The notes beneath the pieces are model-generated. The model was not told the DNA's origin. It saw only the letters and a list, made by a program, of their open reading frames with translations, and ran no database searches. Shown one piece after another: positions 12,279 through 22,960 of a DNA stretch of 64,000 nucleotides. Each line of letters opens with the position of its first letter. Within the stretch, counting starts at the first letter, position 1. Source of the DNA: Calditrichia bacterium (GTDB lineage Bacteria > Calditrichota > Calditrichia > JAJRVZ01). Both the position numbers and the translations under genes were made by a program. Where the stretch lies: the NCBI GenBank assembly GCA_963796965.1, contig CAWCNS010000004.1, forward strand, positions 1,018,300 to 1,082,299, given 5' to 3'.

Positions 12279-13997
12279 TTATACGGGCAGGATTTTTTCC
12301 TTCAATAGACCGGTAAAGTTTTCAGCAGGAATGGGTTTACTGAAGTAATATCCCTGGATCTCATCACATTTGTACTCTTTAAGGAAATTTAACTGATCCT
12401 CAGTTTCTACACCTTCAGCAATTACGCGAACACCGAGGCTATGGGCCATTGAGATAATGGATGTTGCCAATGAGGCTGCAGCTTTATCAGTCGTAATATC
12501 GCGTATGAAGGATTGATCGATTTTTAATTTATCAAAGGGGAAATTTGATAAATATGAAAGAGACGAATATCCCGTTCCAAAATCATCAATGGATACTTTT
12601 GTTCCCTGTTTGCGAAGTTTCGCGAGTTTCTTTGAATTTTTTTGTGAATTATTAATCAGGATACTTTCAGTGAGTTCAATTTCTATTAAATTATTTTCAA
12701 TATTCGATTTTTCTAATATGGTTGAAATTGTTTTAACAAAATTTTTCTGCTCTAACTGTCTGGCAGAAATGTTAACAGTGACAGGAGAAGGATCAAGTCC
12801 CTGATGTTTCCACTCATTTAGCTGGTTGCATATGGTTTCTAACACCCATTCTCCAATGGGGACAATCAAACCGTTTTCCTCGGCCATTGGAACAAATTGT
12901 GATGGTGAAAGTAAACCATAATCAGAGTTCTCCCAACGAATAAGAGCCTCGGACCCGATGATATCTTTATTTATTGAATCAATTTTTGGTTGATAATAAA
13001 TTGTGAATTCGTTTTTCTCAAGTGCTTTATGAAGAGCATTTTCAATATTTATCTGATCATAGGCATTCTTTTTAAGATCTTCTTCGAAAAAATGATAGGT
13101 ATTAAAACCACCCTCAAGAGCTGAATGAAGAGCCAATTCTGCGTCCTGAATCAATACATCCTTTTCGACTACATCATTCATTAAATAGGCAATGCCAATA
13201 CAAGCGCTGCAGTTTAGTTCTCTATTGTTCAGCTCAACTGGCTTGCGAATATGAACCAGAATATTTTCTACGGTTTTAATTAAAGCATTTTTTTGTTTTA
13301 ATTCAGAGAGTAGTACACCTAGATCACCATCATCCAGGGCATAAACTTTGTTCCCCTGACCACATACAGTCTCAATCCGGTTAATTAGTTCTTTTATAAG
13401 AGGAATGGCAACCTTTTTACCAAATATATCAGTAATATTTCTAAACCGGTTAAACTTGATGATTAGCAGAGCAATAAGTTTCTGGGGGGTGGAGATATTT
13501 TCTAACTGTTTAAGATCTCTTTCAAGTACATTACGTTTGGGTAATCCTGTGAAGGTATCATAGTTCTTTGTAATCTCAAGGTCATAACGTGTTTGTTCAA
13601 TCTCATCCTTATAGTGACGGGTAATTTGGTGGTATTTTTCGAGCCTGGTTCGTACAGCAGCAATCAGATCTTCGGAAGACACAGGTTTGGTTAGATAATC
13701 ATCAGCCCCCATTAACATGCCTTTGCGGAGATCTTTCATATCACTTTTAGCCGTCAGGAAAATAAATGGAATCGTATGGGTTGTTGGATTGTTTCTGATA
13801 GAAGTCAATACATCATAGCCGGTAATATCTGGCATGGAAATATCACATAGAATAAGATCTGGATTAAATTCTTCAGCAGCTACTATGCCTTTTCTGCCAT
13901 TAGTCTCTGTCTTCGTATCATAGCCATGAATGTTTAGAATCTCGCCGATTAGTTCAACGATATCAAAATCATTATCTATGACTAGAATTTTATTCAT
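12279..13997 (-). CDS. Response regulator REC-GGDEF(degenerate)-EAL, probable c-di-GMP phosphodiesterase
   Basis: REC (ILCDISMP, FLTAK, GADDYLTKP); GGDEF motif replaced by DDGDL; EAL (SEALIRW) and DDFGTGYSSL intact. The ORF track starts it at 14024. Confidence 0.9.
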   Translation of the reverse strand: MNKILVIDNDFDIVELIGEILNIHGYDTKTETNGRKGIVAAEEFNPDLILCDISMPDITGYDVLTSIRNNPTTHTIPFIFLTAKSDMKDLRKGMLMGADDYLTKPVSSEDLIAAVRTRLEKYHQITRHYKDEIEQTRYDLEITKNYDTFTGLPKRNVLERDLKQLENISTPQKLIALLIIKFNRFRNITDIFGKKVAIPLIKELINRIETVCGQGNKVYALDDGDLGVLLSELKQKNALIKTVENILVHIRKPVELNNRELNCSACIGIAYLMNDVVEKDVLIQDAELALHSALEGGFNTYHFFEEDLKKNAYDQINIENALHKALEKNEFTIYYQPKIDSINKDIIGSEALIRWENSDYGLLSPSQFVPMAEENGLIVPIGEWVLETICNQLNEWKHQGLDPSPVTVNISARQLEQKNFVKTISTILEKSNIENNLIEIELTESILINNSQKNSKKLAKLRKQGTKVSIDDFGTGYSSLSYLSNFPFDKLKIDQSFIRDITTDKAAASLATSIISMAHSLGVRVIAEGVETEDQLNFLKEYKCDEIQGYYFSKPIPAENFTGLLKEKILPV

Positions 13998-14151
13998 GAT
14001 GAACGCGGCGAGCCCCTTATACAATAAAAATTGATTTACAGATATATCAATTATTCGTCACTAATAGCATAAACTTTATGGGTGAGATTTAAATAAAGAA
14101 GATATTTGAGGATAAGGGATAAAAATTAAAGGATTGACACTATTGTGACCT

Positions 14152-14187
14152 ATATCCAACGCAGACCTTAAGACCTGCGTTGGATAT
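14152..14187. terminator. Hairpin just downstream of cinA
   Basis: atatccaacgcag-N10-ctgcgttggatat, 13-bp stem. Confidence 0.55.
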
Positions 14188-14196
14188 TGGCTCCAA

Positions 14197-15444
14197 TCAT
14201 AATATATTCAATATTAAGCGTCGAAGAGACTCAATACCGGCCATGGCTCCCCGCTCTTTGTTGATAAGTCTGTCTTTGCCAAATCTTAATTTTTTTACAC
14301 TAAGTTTTTCATTATAAACGGCTGCTATATAGCAAAGACCAACTGGTTTTTCGTCTGAGCCACCACCCGGACCAGCAATTCCGGTACTGGCAATGGCACA
14401 ATTTGCATTAAACTTTCTTTGTACTCCCATGACCATCTCTTTAACGGTTTGTTCACTTACTGCGCCAAAATCATTTAGCGTGCTTTGTTTTACACCAAGT
14501 CCGCTAACTTTTGCATCATTACTATAGGCAATCATTGTGCCTAAAAAATAAGCTGAACTACCTGCAATATTTGTAATCCAGTCAGATATTAATCCACCGG
14601 TAAAACTCTCAGCAATAGCCAGAGAGAGATTTCTTTCTGATAACAGATGGCCGATTATTTCTGGTAAATCAGTTTCTGTATCTGTATATATATATTTTTC
14701 TACGATGGGTTTGATTTCTTTAAGAAAATTAAGAGCACGTTCATGCACTTCAATAGGTTGGATGGGAATCTTTAATTTAAGATCAACACCAATTATCTTT
14801 GGAAGAAATGAGATTGGAATATCGTCATATTTTAATAACGTTTTTTCTAATATCTCGAAGAGTCTGGATTCAGCGATACCCGTGGTGCGTAGAATGAATT
14901 TATCCAGGGAAGGTAAAGAATGTTTTTTCTTGATCAATTCTTCAATATGATTCTCCATCATTCTTTTCATCTCCCGGGGTACACCAGGCATAAAGAAGTA
15001 ACTATTTTTTTCCGTTTCAAATGCAAGGCCAGGTGCCGTACCAATTGGATTAAACATAAGATGTGCTGCATCAGGCACAAGAGCCTGGTTACGGTTTATC
15101 TCAGGCATTTCCAAGTGACGACTCTCGAACAGTTTAAGAACATGATCTAGAGTCTTTTCATCCATTATGAGAGGGGAATCAAAGAATTTGCTGATTGTTT
15201 TTTTTGTAATATCATCAGGTGTCGGTCCAAGCCCGCCGGTACATACAATAACTTCAGCTCTTTCAGAGGCTGTCTTTAGAGCCTTTATAATTTCACTTTC
15301 TGTATCTGCAATAGTAGTCATCCATCCAACGGGAAGCCCCAGACCATGTAAATATTCTGCAATCCAGTGTGTATTGGTGTTTACTGTCCACCCGGATAAG
15401 ATCTCATTGCCGATGCTAATAATTTCTGCTTTGATCGGGTTCAA
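14197..15444 (-). CDS. cinA: Competence/damage-inducible protein CinA (MoCF-like + NMN deamidase PncC)
   Basis: IGNEILSG..VNTN, GGLGPTPDDIT, PGVPREM, AESFTGG, STGIAGPGGG. Confidence 0.95.
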   Translation of the reverse strand: MNPIKAEIISIGNEILSGWTVNTNTHWIAEYLHGLGLPVGWMTTIADTESEIIKALKTASERAEVIVCTGGLGPTPDDITKKTISKFFDSPLIMDEKTLDHVLKLFESRHLEMPEINRNQALVPDAAHLMFNPIGTAPGLAFETEKNSYFFMPGVPREMKRMMENHIEELIKKKHSLPSLDKFILRTTGIAESRLFEILEKTLLKYDDIPISFLPKIIGVDLKLKIPIQPIEVHERALNFLKEIKPIVEKYIYTDTETDLPEIIGHLLSERNLSLAIAESFTGGLISDWITNIAGSSAYFLGTMIAYSNDAKVSGLGVKQSTLNDFGAVSEQTVKEMVMGVQRKFNANCAIASTGIAGPGGGSDEKPVGLCYIAAVYNEKLSVKKLRFGKDRLINKERGAMAGIESLRRLILNIL

Positions 15445-15494
15445 TTTTTTTCCTTTCCATGAAGGCTTTGCGCATGGGGCAGAGCGTAACCCTA

Positions 15495-15941
15495 TTATAA
15501 AACAAATCCATATATTATTTGTAATAGGAAATTTGCATATAATCCGGCGACTACATCATCAAGCATAATACCACTACCGCCTCTGATTTTTTCCATTCTA
15601 TTTGCAGGGTAGAGTTTAATAATATCCAGAAAGCGAAAAAGAATAAACGCAGCCACAAAAACAATGAATGTCCTCGGCAAAAATAATAAAGCAATCCATT
15701 GGCCGACAAACTCATCAATTACAACAATTTTGGGATCTTTTCCTTTATCATTCTCCACAAATGTTGCAACCCGGATCCCGATGAAGAATGTGATCGTTGA
15801 AATGATCAGCCAGTACCATGAATTCAGGGGAATTAATATATAAAGTATTAGGGCTAATAGACTCCCTGTCGTTCCCGGTATGAGCGGAGAATAACCGCTG
15901 CCAAATCCAGTAGCTAATACATATTTAATTTTATTTTTCAT
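15495..15941 (-). CDS. pgpA: Phosphatidylglycerophosphatase A
   Basis: PGTTGS, DPKIVVIDEFVG, FRFLDIIK, GIMLDDVVAG. Confidence 0.95.
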   Translation of the reverse strand: MKNKIKYVLATGFGSGYSPLIPGTTGSLLALILYILIPLNSWYWLIISTITFFIGIRVATFVENDKGKDPKIVVIDEFVGQWIALLFLPRTFIVFVAAFILFRFLDIIKLYPANRMEKIRGGSGIMLDDVVAGLYANFLLQIIYGFVL

Positions 15942-15962
15942 GAAGAGAAGGTATAATAATTA

Positions 15963-16568
15963 TTACCGATAGAGTAATTTAACAGTTTTCTTCGCTAATT
16001 CGACCACATGTCTGCGGTTTTCAATAAGGTATTGCAGGCCAGAAGTTACGGTGACAATAGTAACAATAAGGTAGATGATCGTAACCCAGTGATCGTAACC
16101 CGGTGGATAGGTTGTTAGAGTATATATGCTGGCATCAGGAAAATTCAGATATATGAGAAGTACAAAGACTGCAAGCATTTGGAGAAAGGTCTTCCATTTG
16201 GCTAATTGACTTGTAACAATAGATTTGCCGTTTTTTAAAGCAAACATTCTGAGAAAGGTAATGACAAAATCCCTTGCTACAATGACAATTACCATCCAAT
16301 AATAAACATAACCCAGATGAGCAAATACGAATAAAGCCGAGGAAATAAGAATTTTATCGGCCAGGGGATCCATAAATTGGCCCCAACGGGTAATAACATT
16401 GAACTTGCGTGCTATATAGCCATCATACCAGTCTGTTGCCGCTGCAAAGGTGAAAATAAAGGTGCCAATCAATTTAGAATTAAAGGTATCCTGAATAAAA
16501 AAGTAGATAAAAATCGGAGTTAGGATAATTCTTAATATGGTTAGTTGATTGGGTATGGTTAAATTCAT
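15963..16568 (-). CDS. pgsA: CDP-diacylglycerol--glycerol-3-phosphate 3-phosphatidyltransferase
   Basis: PNQLTILR, TDWYDGYIAR...G.FMDPLADK CDP-alcohol phosphatidyltransferase motif. Confidence 0.93.
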   Translation of the reverse strand: MNLTIPNQLTILRIILTPIFIYFFIQDTFNSKLIGTFIFTFAAATDWYDGYIARKFNVITRWGQFMDPLADKILISSALFVFAHLGYVYYWMVIVIVARDFVITFLRMFALKNGKSIVTSQLAKWKTFLQMLAVFVLLIYLNFPDASIYTLTTYPPGYDHWVTIIYLIVTIVTVTSGLQYLIENRRHVVELAKKTVKLLYR

Positions 16569-16698
16569 TTATTATATGTTGGGTGAGAACAAAATTAAAT
16601 TATCGAAATATATCATTTATACCTTACAAACCCTTGAAGCATTTAAAAGATGCTTTACAGAAATGTGGAATCGCGATAGTTCCTGTGCTCAGTAGAAT

Positions 16699-16795
16699 GT
16701 CATGCTGAACTTGTTTCAGCATCTCATGTATATAATCGGATTTATTTTAGACCCTGAAATAAGCCTGTCCCGATGCCGATCAGGATTCAGGGTGA
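16699..16795. repeat. REP-like GTCAT-type double-hairpin element with a 22-bp insert
   Basis: gtcatgctgaacttgtttcagcatct ... agaccctgaaataa[gcctgtcccgatgccgatcagg]attcagggtga. Confidence 0.7.
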
Positions 16796-17013
16796 TTTTA
16801 TCTTAAATTTTAAGAAAATATCATACATACTCAAGCAAGTAATTTAAGTTACATGAAAATATTTATCAAATATTCATTCTCATTAAAGTTATTGCTGAAT
16901 TTTTTGATGTTTTTAGAGATTCTGTGAAAAAAATCCCTAAAAAAAGTTGTGATAAAATTAATGAATTTGTTATATTTTGTAAGCTTTAATGATTAAAAAA
17001 CCAACCTAGAGGG

Positions 17014-18393
17014 ATGTATTCCAATATGATAAAACATAAGTTGAAAAAAGGCTACACTATTAAGCTGGCGGGATCCATTGAAAAAAGCTTGGTTGATGCT
17101 GAAATACCAAAATTCTATGCGTCTCAACCTTTTGATTTTTTGGGACTTAAACCGCGTCTGGAAGTGGAAGAGGGGGATCTGGTCAAAATTGGATCACCTC
17201 TTTATAATAACAAAGAGAAGCCTGAGATTAAGTTTGTTTCCCCTGCCAGTGGCAAAGTTTTCCAAATAAATCGGGGTGAACGCCGCAAAATAGCAGAGGT
17301 TGTTATTGAATCTGATGGCAGCGATACAGCTGTTGATTTTGGAAGCCATGCTGCACAGGATATAGATAGCCTTCCTGTTGATGAGATAAAGAAAAAACTT
17401 TTGGAAGGAGGCATGTGGCCGATGATTAGGCAACGTCCCTTTTCAAAAATTGCTAACCCGGATGTCCTCCCCCGTGATATCTTTATAACCGGTATGGACA
17501 CAGCCCCGCTGGTTGCAGATCCTGAATTTATACTGCAAAATGAAGAAGAGAATTTTAATGTCGGTCTTAAGGTAATCAGAAGATTAACTGAAGGGAAGGT
17601 GTTTCTTTCTCTTAATGGTGAAGTGAAAGAGCATCTACCATTTTTACAAAATCCTGAGGGTGTCGAAGTCCATGAGTTTTCAGGTAAGCATCCGGCCGGA
17701 AATCTAAGTGTGCACATTCATCATATCGCACCGGTAAATGTTGGGGATATAGTTTGGTATGTGAATGCTGTGGATGTACCGTTAATTGGAAAATTTTTCT
17801 TAAAGGGGAGGTTTCCAACCGAAAGAATTATTGCTGTAAGTGGTTCTGCAGTTAAACCGGAAACCAGGAAGTATTATCGTACCTGGGCTGGGGCTAAGGT
17901 ACAAACCTTGGTAAACGAGGGGAATTGCAATCAGGATTATGTTAGGATTATTACGGGAAATATCTTAAGAGGAAGAAAAATACCGGAAAGTGGATATCTA
18001 GGATTTTACAACCGCACTTTAACCGTTATCCCTGAGAGTAAAGAAAGAGACATGTTTGGATGGCTGACGCCTGGATTAGATCAGGAAAGTTATTCACGAA
18101 CATTTTTATCAAAATATATTCCACGATCTGAGTATGTCAAAGATACCAGGATTCATGGTGGTAAAAGAGCCTTTTTTCAAACAGGTGATTACGAAAATAT
18201 GATGCCCATGGACATCTATCCCGCGCAACTCGTAAAGAGTATTATGGCTGGAGATATCGAAACGATGCTCGGTCTGGGGCTTTTGGAAGTGGATGACGAG
18301 GATTTCGCCCTCTGTACGTATATCTGTCCTTCAAAGATAGATTTTGGTGAACATATCCGTAAAGGATTAGATGAACTGGAGCGCGAAGGATAG
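17014..18393 (+). CDS. nqrA: Na+-translocating NADH:quinone oxidoreductase subunit A
   Basis: FVSPASGKV..INRGERR, RQRPFS, HPAGN, EDFALCTYICPSK; alternative start ATG at 17026. Confidence 0.96.
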   Translation: MYSNMIKHKLKKGYTIKLAGSIEKSLVDAEIPKFYASQPFDFLGLKPRLEVEEGDLVKIGSPLYNNKEKPEIKFVSPASGKVFQINRGERRKIAEVVIESDGSDTAVDFGSHAAQDIDSLPVDEIKKKLLEGGMWPMIRQRPFSKIANPDVLPRDIFITGMDTAPLVADPEFILQNEEENFNVGLKVIRRLTEGKVFLSLNGEVKEHLPFLQNPEGVEVHEFSGKHPAGNLSVHIHHIAPVNVGDIVWYVNAVDVPLIGKFFLKGRFPTERIIAVSGSAVKPETRKYYRTWAGAKVQTLVNEGNCNQDYVRIITGNILRGRKIPESGYLGFYNRTLTVIPESKERDMFGWLTPGLDQESYSRTFLSKYIPRSEYVKDTRIHGGKRAFFQTGDYENMMPMDIYPAQLVKSIMAGDIETMLGLGLLEVDDEDFALCTYICPSKIDFGEHIRKGLDELEREG

Positions 18394-18495
18394 GTCAGAT
18401 AATTACAAATTACTGATTACGAATTATAAACTTAAATAACAGTTATATTGGTATAAATATTGTAAAACGGCTAAACCAAATATCGGGGAAATAAT

Positions 18496-19680
18496 TTGAA
18501 GTTTATTAGAAAACTCAGCGAAGATTTGGGACCCATTTTCGGAAAAAATGGGAAATATAGGATGTTTTATCCCTTATTCGAAGTGATTGACACATTTTTT
18601 CTTACGCCTGCTTCCCGCACAAGCAGGGGACCACATATTAGAGATAAAATAGATTCTAAACGATTTATGATCACGGTGGTAATTGCCTTGTTCCCGGCTA
18701 TTCTGGTGGGCATGTACAATATTGGATATCAGGCGTTTTTAGCCCAAGGTATATCGGCCACGATAGGAGATTGTCTCTGGAATGGGTTCCTGGTAATGCT
18801 ACCGGTTATTATTGTAACCTATGCTGTAGGACTCGGGTGGGAGATTCTCTTTGCCATTGTGCGAAAACATGAGATGAATGAAGGATTCTTCGTGACTGGA
18901 ATTCTCTTTGTTCTCGTACTTCCCCCGACCATCCCATTGTGGCAGGTTGCTGTAGCCGTGACCTTTGGTGTAATAATCGGTAAAGAGGTTTTTGGTGGTA
19001 CTGGAATGAACATATTTAATCCAGCACTCACAGCAAGGGCCTTTTTATTTTTCGCTTATCCAGGTAAGATATCGGGGGATAAGGTTTGGACTGCAATTGA
19101 TGCTTCCAAGGATAAGTTAATCGATGGCTATTCCGGCGCAACACCTTTGTTAGTTGCATCCAGCGCCAATCCAGGAGATCTTGCCACCACAGCAGTAGGT
19201 AATGCAGGATTTTCATTCAGTGATATGTTCTTCGGGTTGATTCCTGGGAGTATGGGTGAGACCTCCTTTATAGCCATATTGCTTGGTGCCCTCATTCTAA
19301 TTGTTGCCGGTGTGGGTAGTTGGCGTATTATGATGGCTGTTGCCCTGGGTGGTTTTGGAATGGCTTTACTCATGAATCTGGCCGCTGGTCCAACCTCGCC
19401 AAGTATCTTTACATTACCCCCACATTATCATTTTGTAATGGGGGGATTTGCATTTGGGGCTGTATTTATGGCCACCGATCCGGTATCAGCGGCGGGTACG
19501 AATACAGGTAAATGGATATACGGAATCATGATTGGAATCATGGCTATTCTGATTCGAACCGTAAATCCGGCTTATCCGGAAGGAATGATGCTGGCCATCT
19601 TATTTATGAATGTTTTTGCTCCATTGATTGATTACTATGTACTAAAAGCGAATATGCGCAGGAGGTTGCATCGTGCATAA
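18496..19680 (+). CDS. nqrB: Na+-NQR subunit B
   Basis: GKEVFGGTG.NIFNPAL, FMN site SGATPL, FMATDPVS, YPEGMMLAIL. Confidence 0.97.
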   Translation: MKFIRKLSEDLGPIFGKNGKYRMFYPLFEVIDTFFLTPASRTSRGPHIRDKIDSKRFMITVVIALFPAILVGMYNIGYQAFLAQGISATIGDCLWNGFLVMLPVIIVTYAVGLGWEILFAIVRKHEMNEGFFVTGILFVLVLPPTIPLWQVAVAVTFGVIIGKEVFGGTGMNIFNPALTARAFLFFAYPGKISGDKVWTAIDASKDKLIDGYSGATPLLVASSANPGDLATTAVGNAGFSFSDMFFGLIPGSMGETSFIAILLGALILIVAGVGSWRIMMAVALGGFGMALLMNLAAGPTSPSIFTLPPHYHFVMGGFAFGAVFMATDPVSAAGTNTGKWIYGIMIGIMAILIRTVNPAYPEGMMLAILFMNVFAPLIDYYVLKANMRRRLHRA

Positions 19681-20371
19681 AAACTCATATGTCTTCTTTT
19701 TTGCAGCTGTTGTAACAATTTCTTGTAGTATCTTACTGGCGACAGCAGCAAATTTACTTAAGGAACGCCAACAAGAAAATATTGCTTTGGATATGCAAAA
19801 AAATATTCTCGCTTCAGCCGGACTTGGATCAGCCGAAATGGAACGTGCTGAGATTCTTAAACTATATACTGAATATATTCGCTCAAAGGTAATAAATAAA
19901 TCCGGAGATGAGGTTCGCGATAAAAAAGTTGAACAACTCGATCCAAAAAAGGATGTTGATCTTTTACCCTTATACTTTGCTGAAGAAAATGGAGAGGTAC
20001 TTGCTTATATTGTACCTATTTCCGGAAAAGGGCTTTGGTCTACAATTTATGGTTATCTGGCCCTGGAAAAAGATTTAGTTACGGTAAAGGGTATAACATT
20101 TTATCAGCATGGTGAAACGCCCGGATTAGGTGGGGAGATTGAAAAAGAGTGGTTTAAAGATAATTTCAAGGGTAAAAAGATCCTTTCATCCACGGGTCAA
20201 TTGGTATCCATTACTGTGCTTAAGGGAAAGGTTGCCGGAAGATATTCAGGCGATCAGGCTGATCATTATGTGGATGGTATCAGTGGTTCCACGTTGACTG
20301 GAAATGGCCTCAACAAATTCCTTAAAAAAGATCTTGAAATCTACGAACCTTATTTTAGTACAATCAGATAA
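19673..20371 (+). CDS. nqrC: Na+-NQR subunit C
   Basis: GKGLWSTIYG, HGETPGLGGEI, FMN site DGISGSTLT. Confidence 0.96.
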   Translation: MHKNSYVFFFAAVVTISCSILLATAANLLKERQQENIALDMQKNILASAGLGSAEMERAEILKLYTEYIRSKVINKSGDEVRDKKVEQLDPKKDVDLLPLYFAEENGEVLAYIVPISGKGLWSTIYGYLALEKDLVTVKGITFYQHGETPGLGGEIEKEWFKDNFKGKKILSSTGQLVSITVLKGKVAGRYSGDQADHYVDGISGSTLTGNGLNKFLKKDLEIYEPYFSTIR

Positions 20372-20391
20372 GAAAAGATGGAGTAATATAA

Positions 20392-21075
20392 ATGGCAGAA
20401 GCGAACGCTGTAGCAGAAACCAAGGTGGAGATACAACCGCCTAAAGAGAAACTTTTCTCTAAAAAGAATAAACGTACATTAACTGATCCCTTTTCTGATA
20501 ATAATCCGATTACCTTACAGGTATTGGGGATATGTTCAGCATTGGCTGTAACAGTTCAAGTGCCAACGGCATTAGTCATGTCAGCGGCTGTTGTCTTTGT
20601 TTTAGCTATTTCAAATGTGATGATATCTCTGCTTCGAAACTCAATCCCCTCAAAAATAAGAATTATCGTAGAATTGGCAGTGGTCGCAACATTGGTAATC
20701 CTTGTTGATCAAATTCTTAAAGCATTTTTATATGACATTAGCAAACAACTAAGTGTTTTTGTCGGTCTGATAATCACAAATTGTATCATTCTTGGACGTG
20801 CGGAAGCATTTGCTTTGCAGAACAAACCCTGGCCATCGTTCCTTGATGGATTGGGGAATGCATTGGGTTATGCCATCATTTTGATTGTTGTCGCAACCGG
20901 ACGTGAAATTCTTGGAAGCGGTACTTTTTTTGGTTTTCAGGTAATTCCTGATTTCCTCTACAATGCTGGATATGAGAACATGGGATTAATGGTTCTCTCT
21001 CCCGGAGCATTTATCTTACTTGGTTTGATAATCTGGGGCCAGCGAATGATTTCACAAAAATTTGAAGAATCCTAA
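20392..21075 (+). CDS. nqrD: Na+-NQR subunit D
   Basis: NNPITLQVLGICSALAVT, LSVFVGLIITNCI. Confidence 0.97.
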   Translation: MAEANAVAETKVEIQPPKEKLFSKKNKRTLTDPFSDNNPITLQVLGICSALAVTVQVPTALVMSAAVVFVLAISNVMISLLRNSIPSKIRIIVELAVVATLVILVDQILKAFLYDISKQLSVFVGLIITNCIILGRAEAFALQNKPWPSFLDGLGNALGYAIILIVVATGREILGSGTFFGFQVIPDFLYNAGYENMGLMVLSPGAFILLGLIIWGQRMISQKFEES

Positions 21076-21096
21076 TCTATATGAGAGAGGTTTGCT

Positions 21097-21711
21097 TTGG
21101 AACATTATTTAAGTTTAGCTGTCAAATCCATATTTGTTGAGAATATTGTACTTGCCTATTTCCTGGGAATGTGTTCGTTTCTAGCCGTTTCGCGAAGGGT
21201 GGAAACAGCATTAGGCCTTGGCCTGGCAGTGATTTTTGTTTTCACGATTACAGCACCAACTAATTGGGCGATCAATACCTATCTTTTGGAAGAAGGGGCG
21301 ATGTCCTGGTTATGGAGTGGATTCGAGAATGTTGATCTGAGTTTCTTACAGTTCATTTCTTTTATTGCAGTAATTGCGGCAATGGTGCAATTGGTTGAAA
21401 TGTTTGTTGATAAATTTAGTCAGACACTGTACACAGCCTTAGGGATATTTCTTCCCCTTATCGCGGTAAATTGTGCCATCCTCGGATCATCATTGTTCCT
21501 GGTAGAAAGGGAATATAATCTTTTGGAATCTACGGTATTCGGTTTCAGTTCAGGATTTGGATTTTTTCTGGCCATCATTGCAATGGCTGCAATCAGAACT
21601 AAATTACAATATTCAAATGTGCCTGAAGGTCTCAAGGGATTGGGTTTGACCATGCTTATTACAGGTCTTATGGCTATGGCATTTATGAGTTTCTCAGGAA
21701 TAAGTCTATAA
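21097..21711 (+). CDS. nqrE: Na+-NQR subunit E
   Basis: [25 protein letters not shown]. Confidence 0.97.
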   Translation: MEHYLSLAVKSIFVENIVLAYFLGMCSFLAVSRRVETALGLGLAVIFVFTITAPTNWAINTYLLEEGAMSWLWSGFENVDLSFLQFISFIAVIAAMVQLVEMFVDKFSQTLYTALGIFLPLIAVNCAILGSSLFLVEREYNLLESTVFGFSSGFGFFLAIIAMAAIRTKLQYSNVPEGLKGLGLTMLITGLMAMAFMSFSGISL

Positions 21712-21732
21712 TATTAAATCAGGAGTTTAATC

Positions 21733-22960
21733 TTGAATATTTTTTCATTAATAGCATTAAGTGCCGGGGTTTTTTCATCATTTATATTGATGTTGGTTTA
21801 TATATTAATTCTGGCTGAAAAAAAATTAGTAGCCCAGGGAAAAGTAAAGATCCTGATTAACGATGATGAAAGTAAAAGTCCGGAAGTGAATGCAGGAGGA
21901 AATTTACTTTCTATTCTTTCTGAAAATAAAATTTTTCTACCTTCTGCTTGCGGTGGTGGCGGAACCTGTGGAATGTGTAAATGTCAAATCCTTGAGGGGG
22001 GAGGCGATGTGCTCCCTACAGAAAAAACTCTTCTTACCAGGAGCCAGATAAAAGAGGATTGGCGGGTTGCCTGTCAGGTCAAAGTAAAAGAAGATATGAA
22101 AATATCGGGTTCCGGATGAAATCTTCAGTATACAAAAATTTGATTGTGAGGTTATATCAAATTATAATGTGGCTACATTTATAAAAGAATTTAAAATAAA
22201 ACTACCAGCGGGTCAGCATATGGATTTTCAAGCTGGTGGTTATATCCAGATTTATATTCCGGCCTATGATTTAAAATATACCGAGTTTGAGGTTGAAGAA
22301 GAATATCGTGGGGATTGGGATAAATATAAACTTTGGGATCTTAAATCCTCGAATGAGGAAGAAATATTCCGGGCTTATTCCATGGCAAATTATCCGGCCG
22401 AGGGGGATATCGTCATGCTCAACGTGAGAATTGCCACACCCCCACCAAATAAAAACGTTCCTCCTGGTATTGCATCATCCTATATATTTAATATGAAACC
22501 GGGGGATAAAGTGACCGTTAGTGGGCCTTATGGGGAGTTTTTTATTAAGGACACGGATCGGGAAATGGTCTATATTGGTGGTGGAGCAGGAATGGCACCC
22601 ATGCGCAGTCACCTTTTCCATCTCTTTAAAACATTAGAGACCGGTAGGAAAGTTAATTTTTTCTATGGGGCCCGTTCCCTTAGAGAAATGTTTTATGATG
22701 ATCAGTTTAAAGAGATTGCTGAAAAATTTCCAAATTTTAATTATACTGTTGCTCTTTCCGAACCAATGCCTGAAGATAACTGGAAGGGACCGGTTGGTTT
22801 TATCCATCAGGTTGTCCAGGATACTTTTCTTGAGAAACATAAAGATCCCAGTGAAATTGAATATTATCTTTGTGGTCCGCCAATGATGATAGATGCAGTG
22901 AATAAAATGCTCTATAATATGGGTGTTGATAATGAGATGATCGCTTATGATGTTTTTTAA
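21733..22960 (+). CDS. nqrF: Na+-NQR subunit F, one frameshift near 22105
   Basis: 2Fe-2S motif [14 protein letters not shown] in the first [31 protein letters not shown] in the second. Removing one base near 22105 restores [11 protein letters not shown]. Confidence 0.95.

Noticed and set aside
16922..16964. Rex-like TGTGA half-sites upstream of nqrA
   Set aside because: The second half-sites do not match TCACAA; too degenerate in AT-rich DNA to call.
22095..22125. Programmed ribosomal frameshift in nqrF, or in uvrA, gcvT or aconitase
   Set aside because: No slippery heptamer or stimulator seen; scattered indels across many unrelated genes fit sequencing error better.
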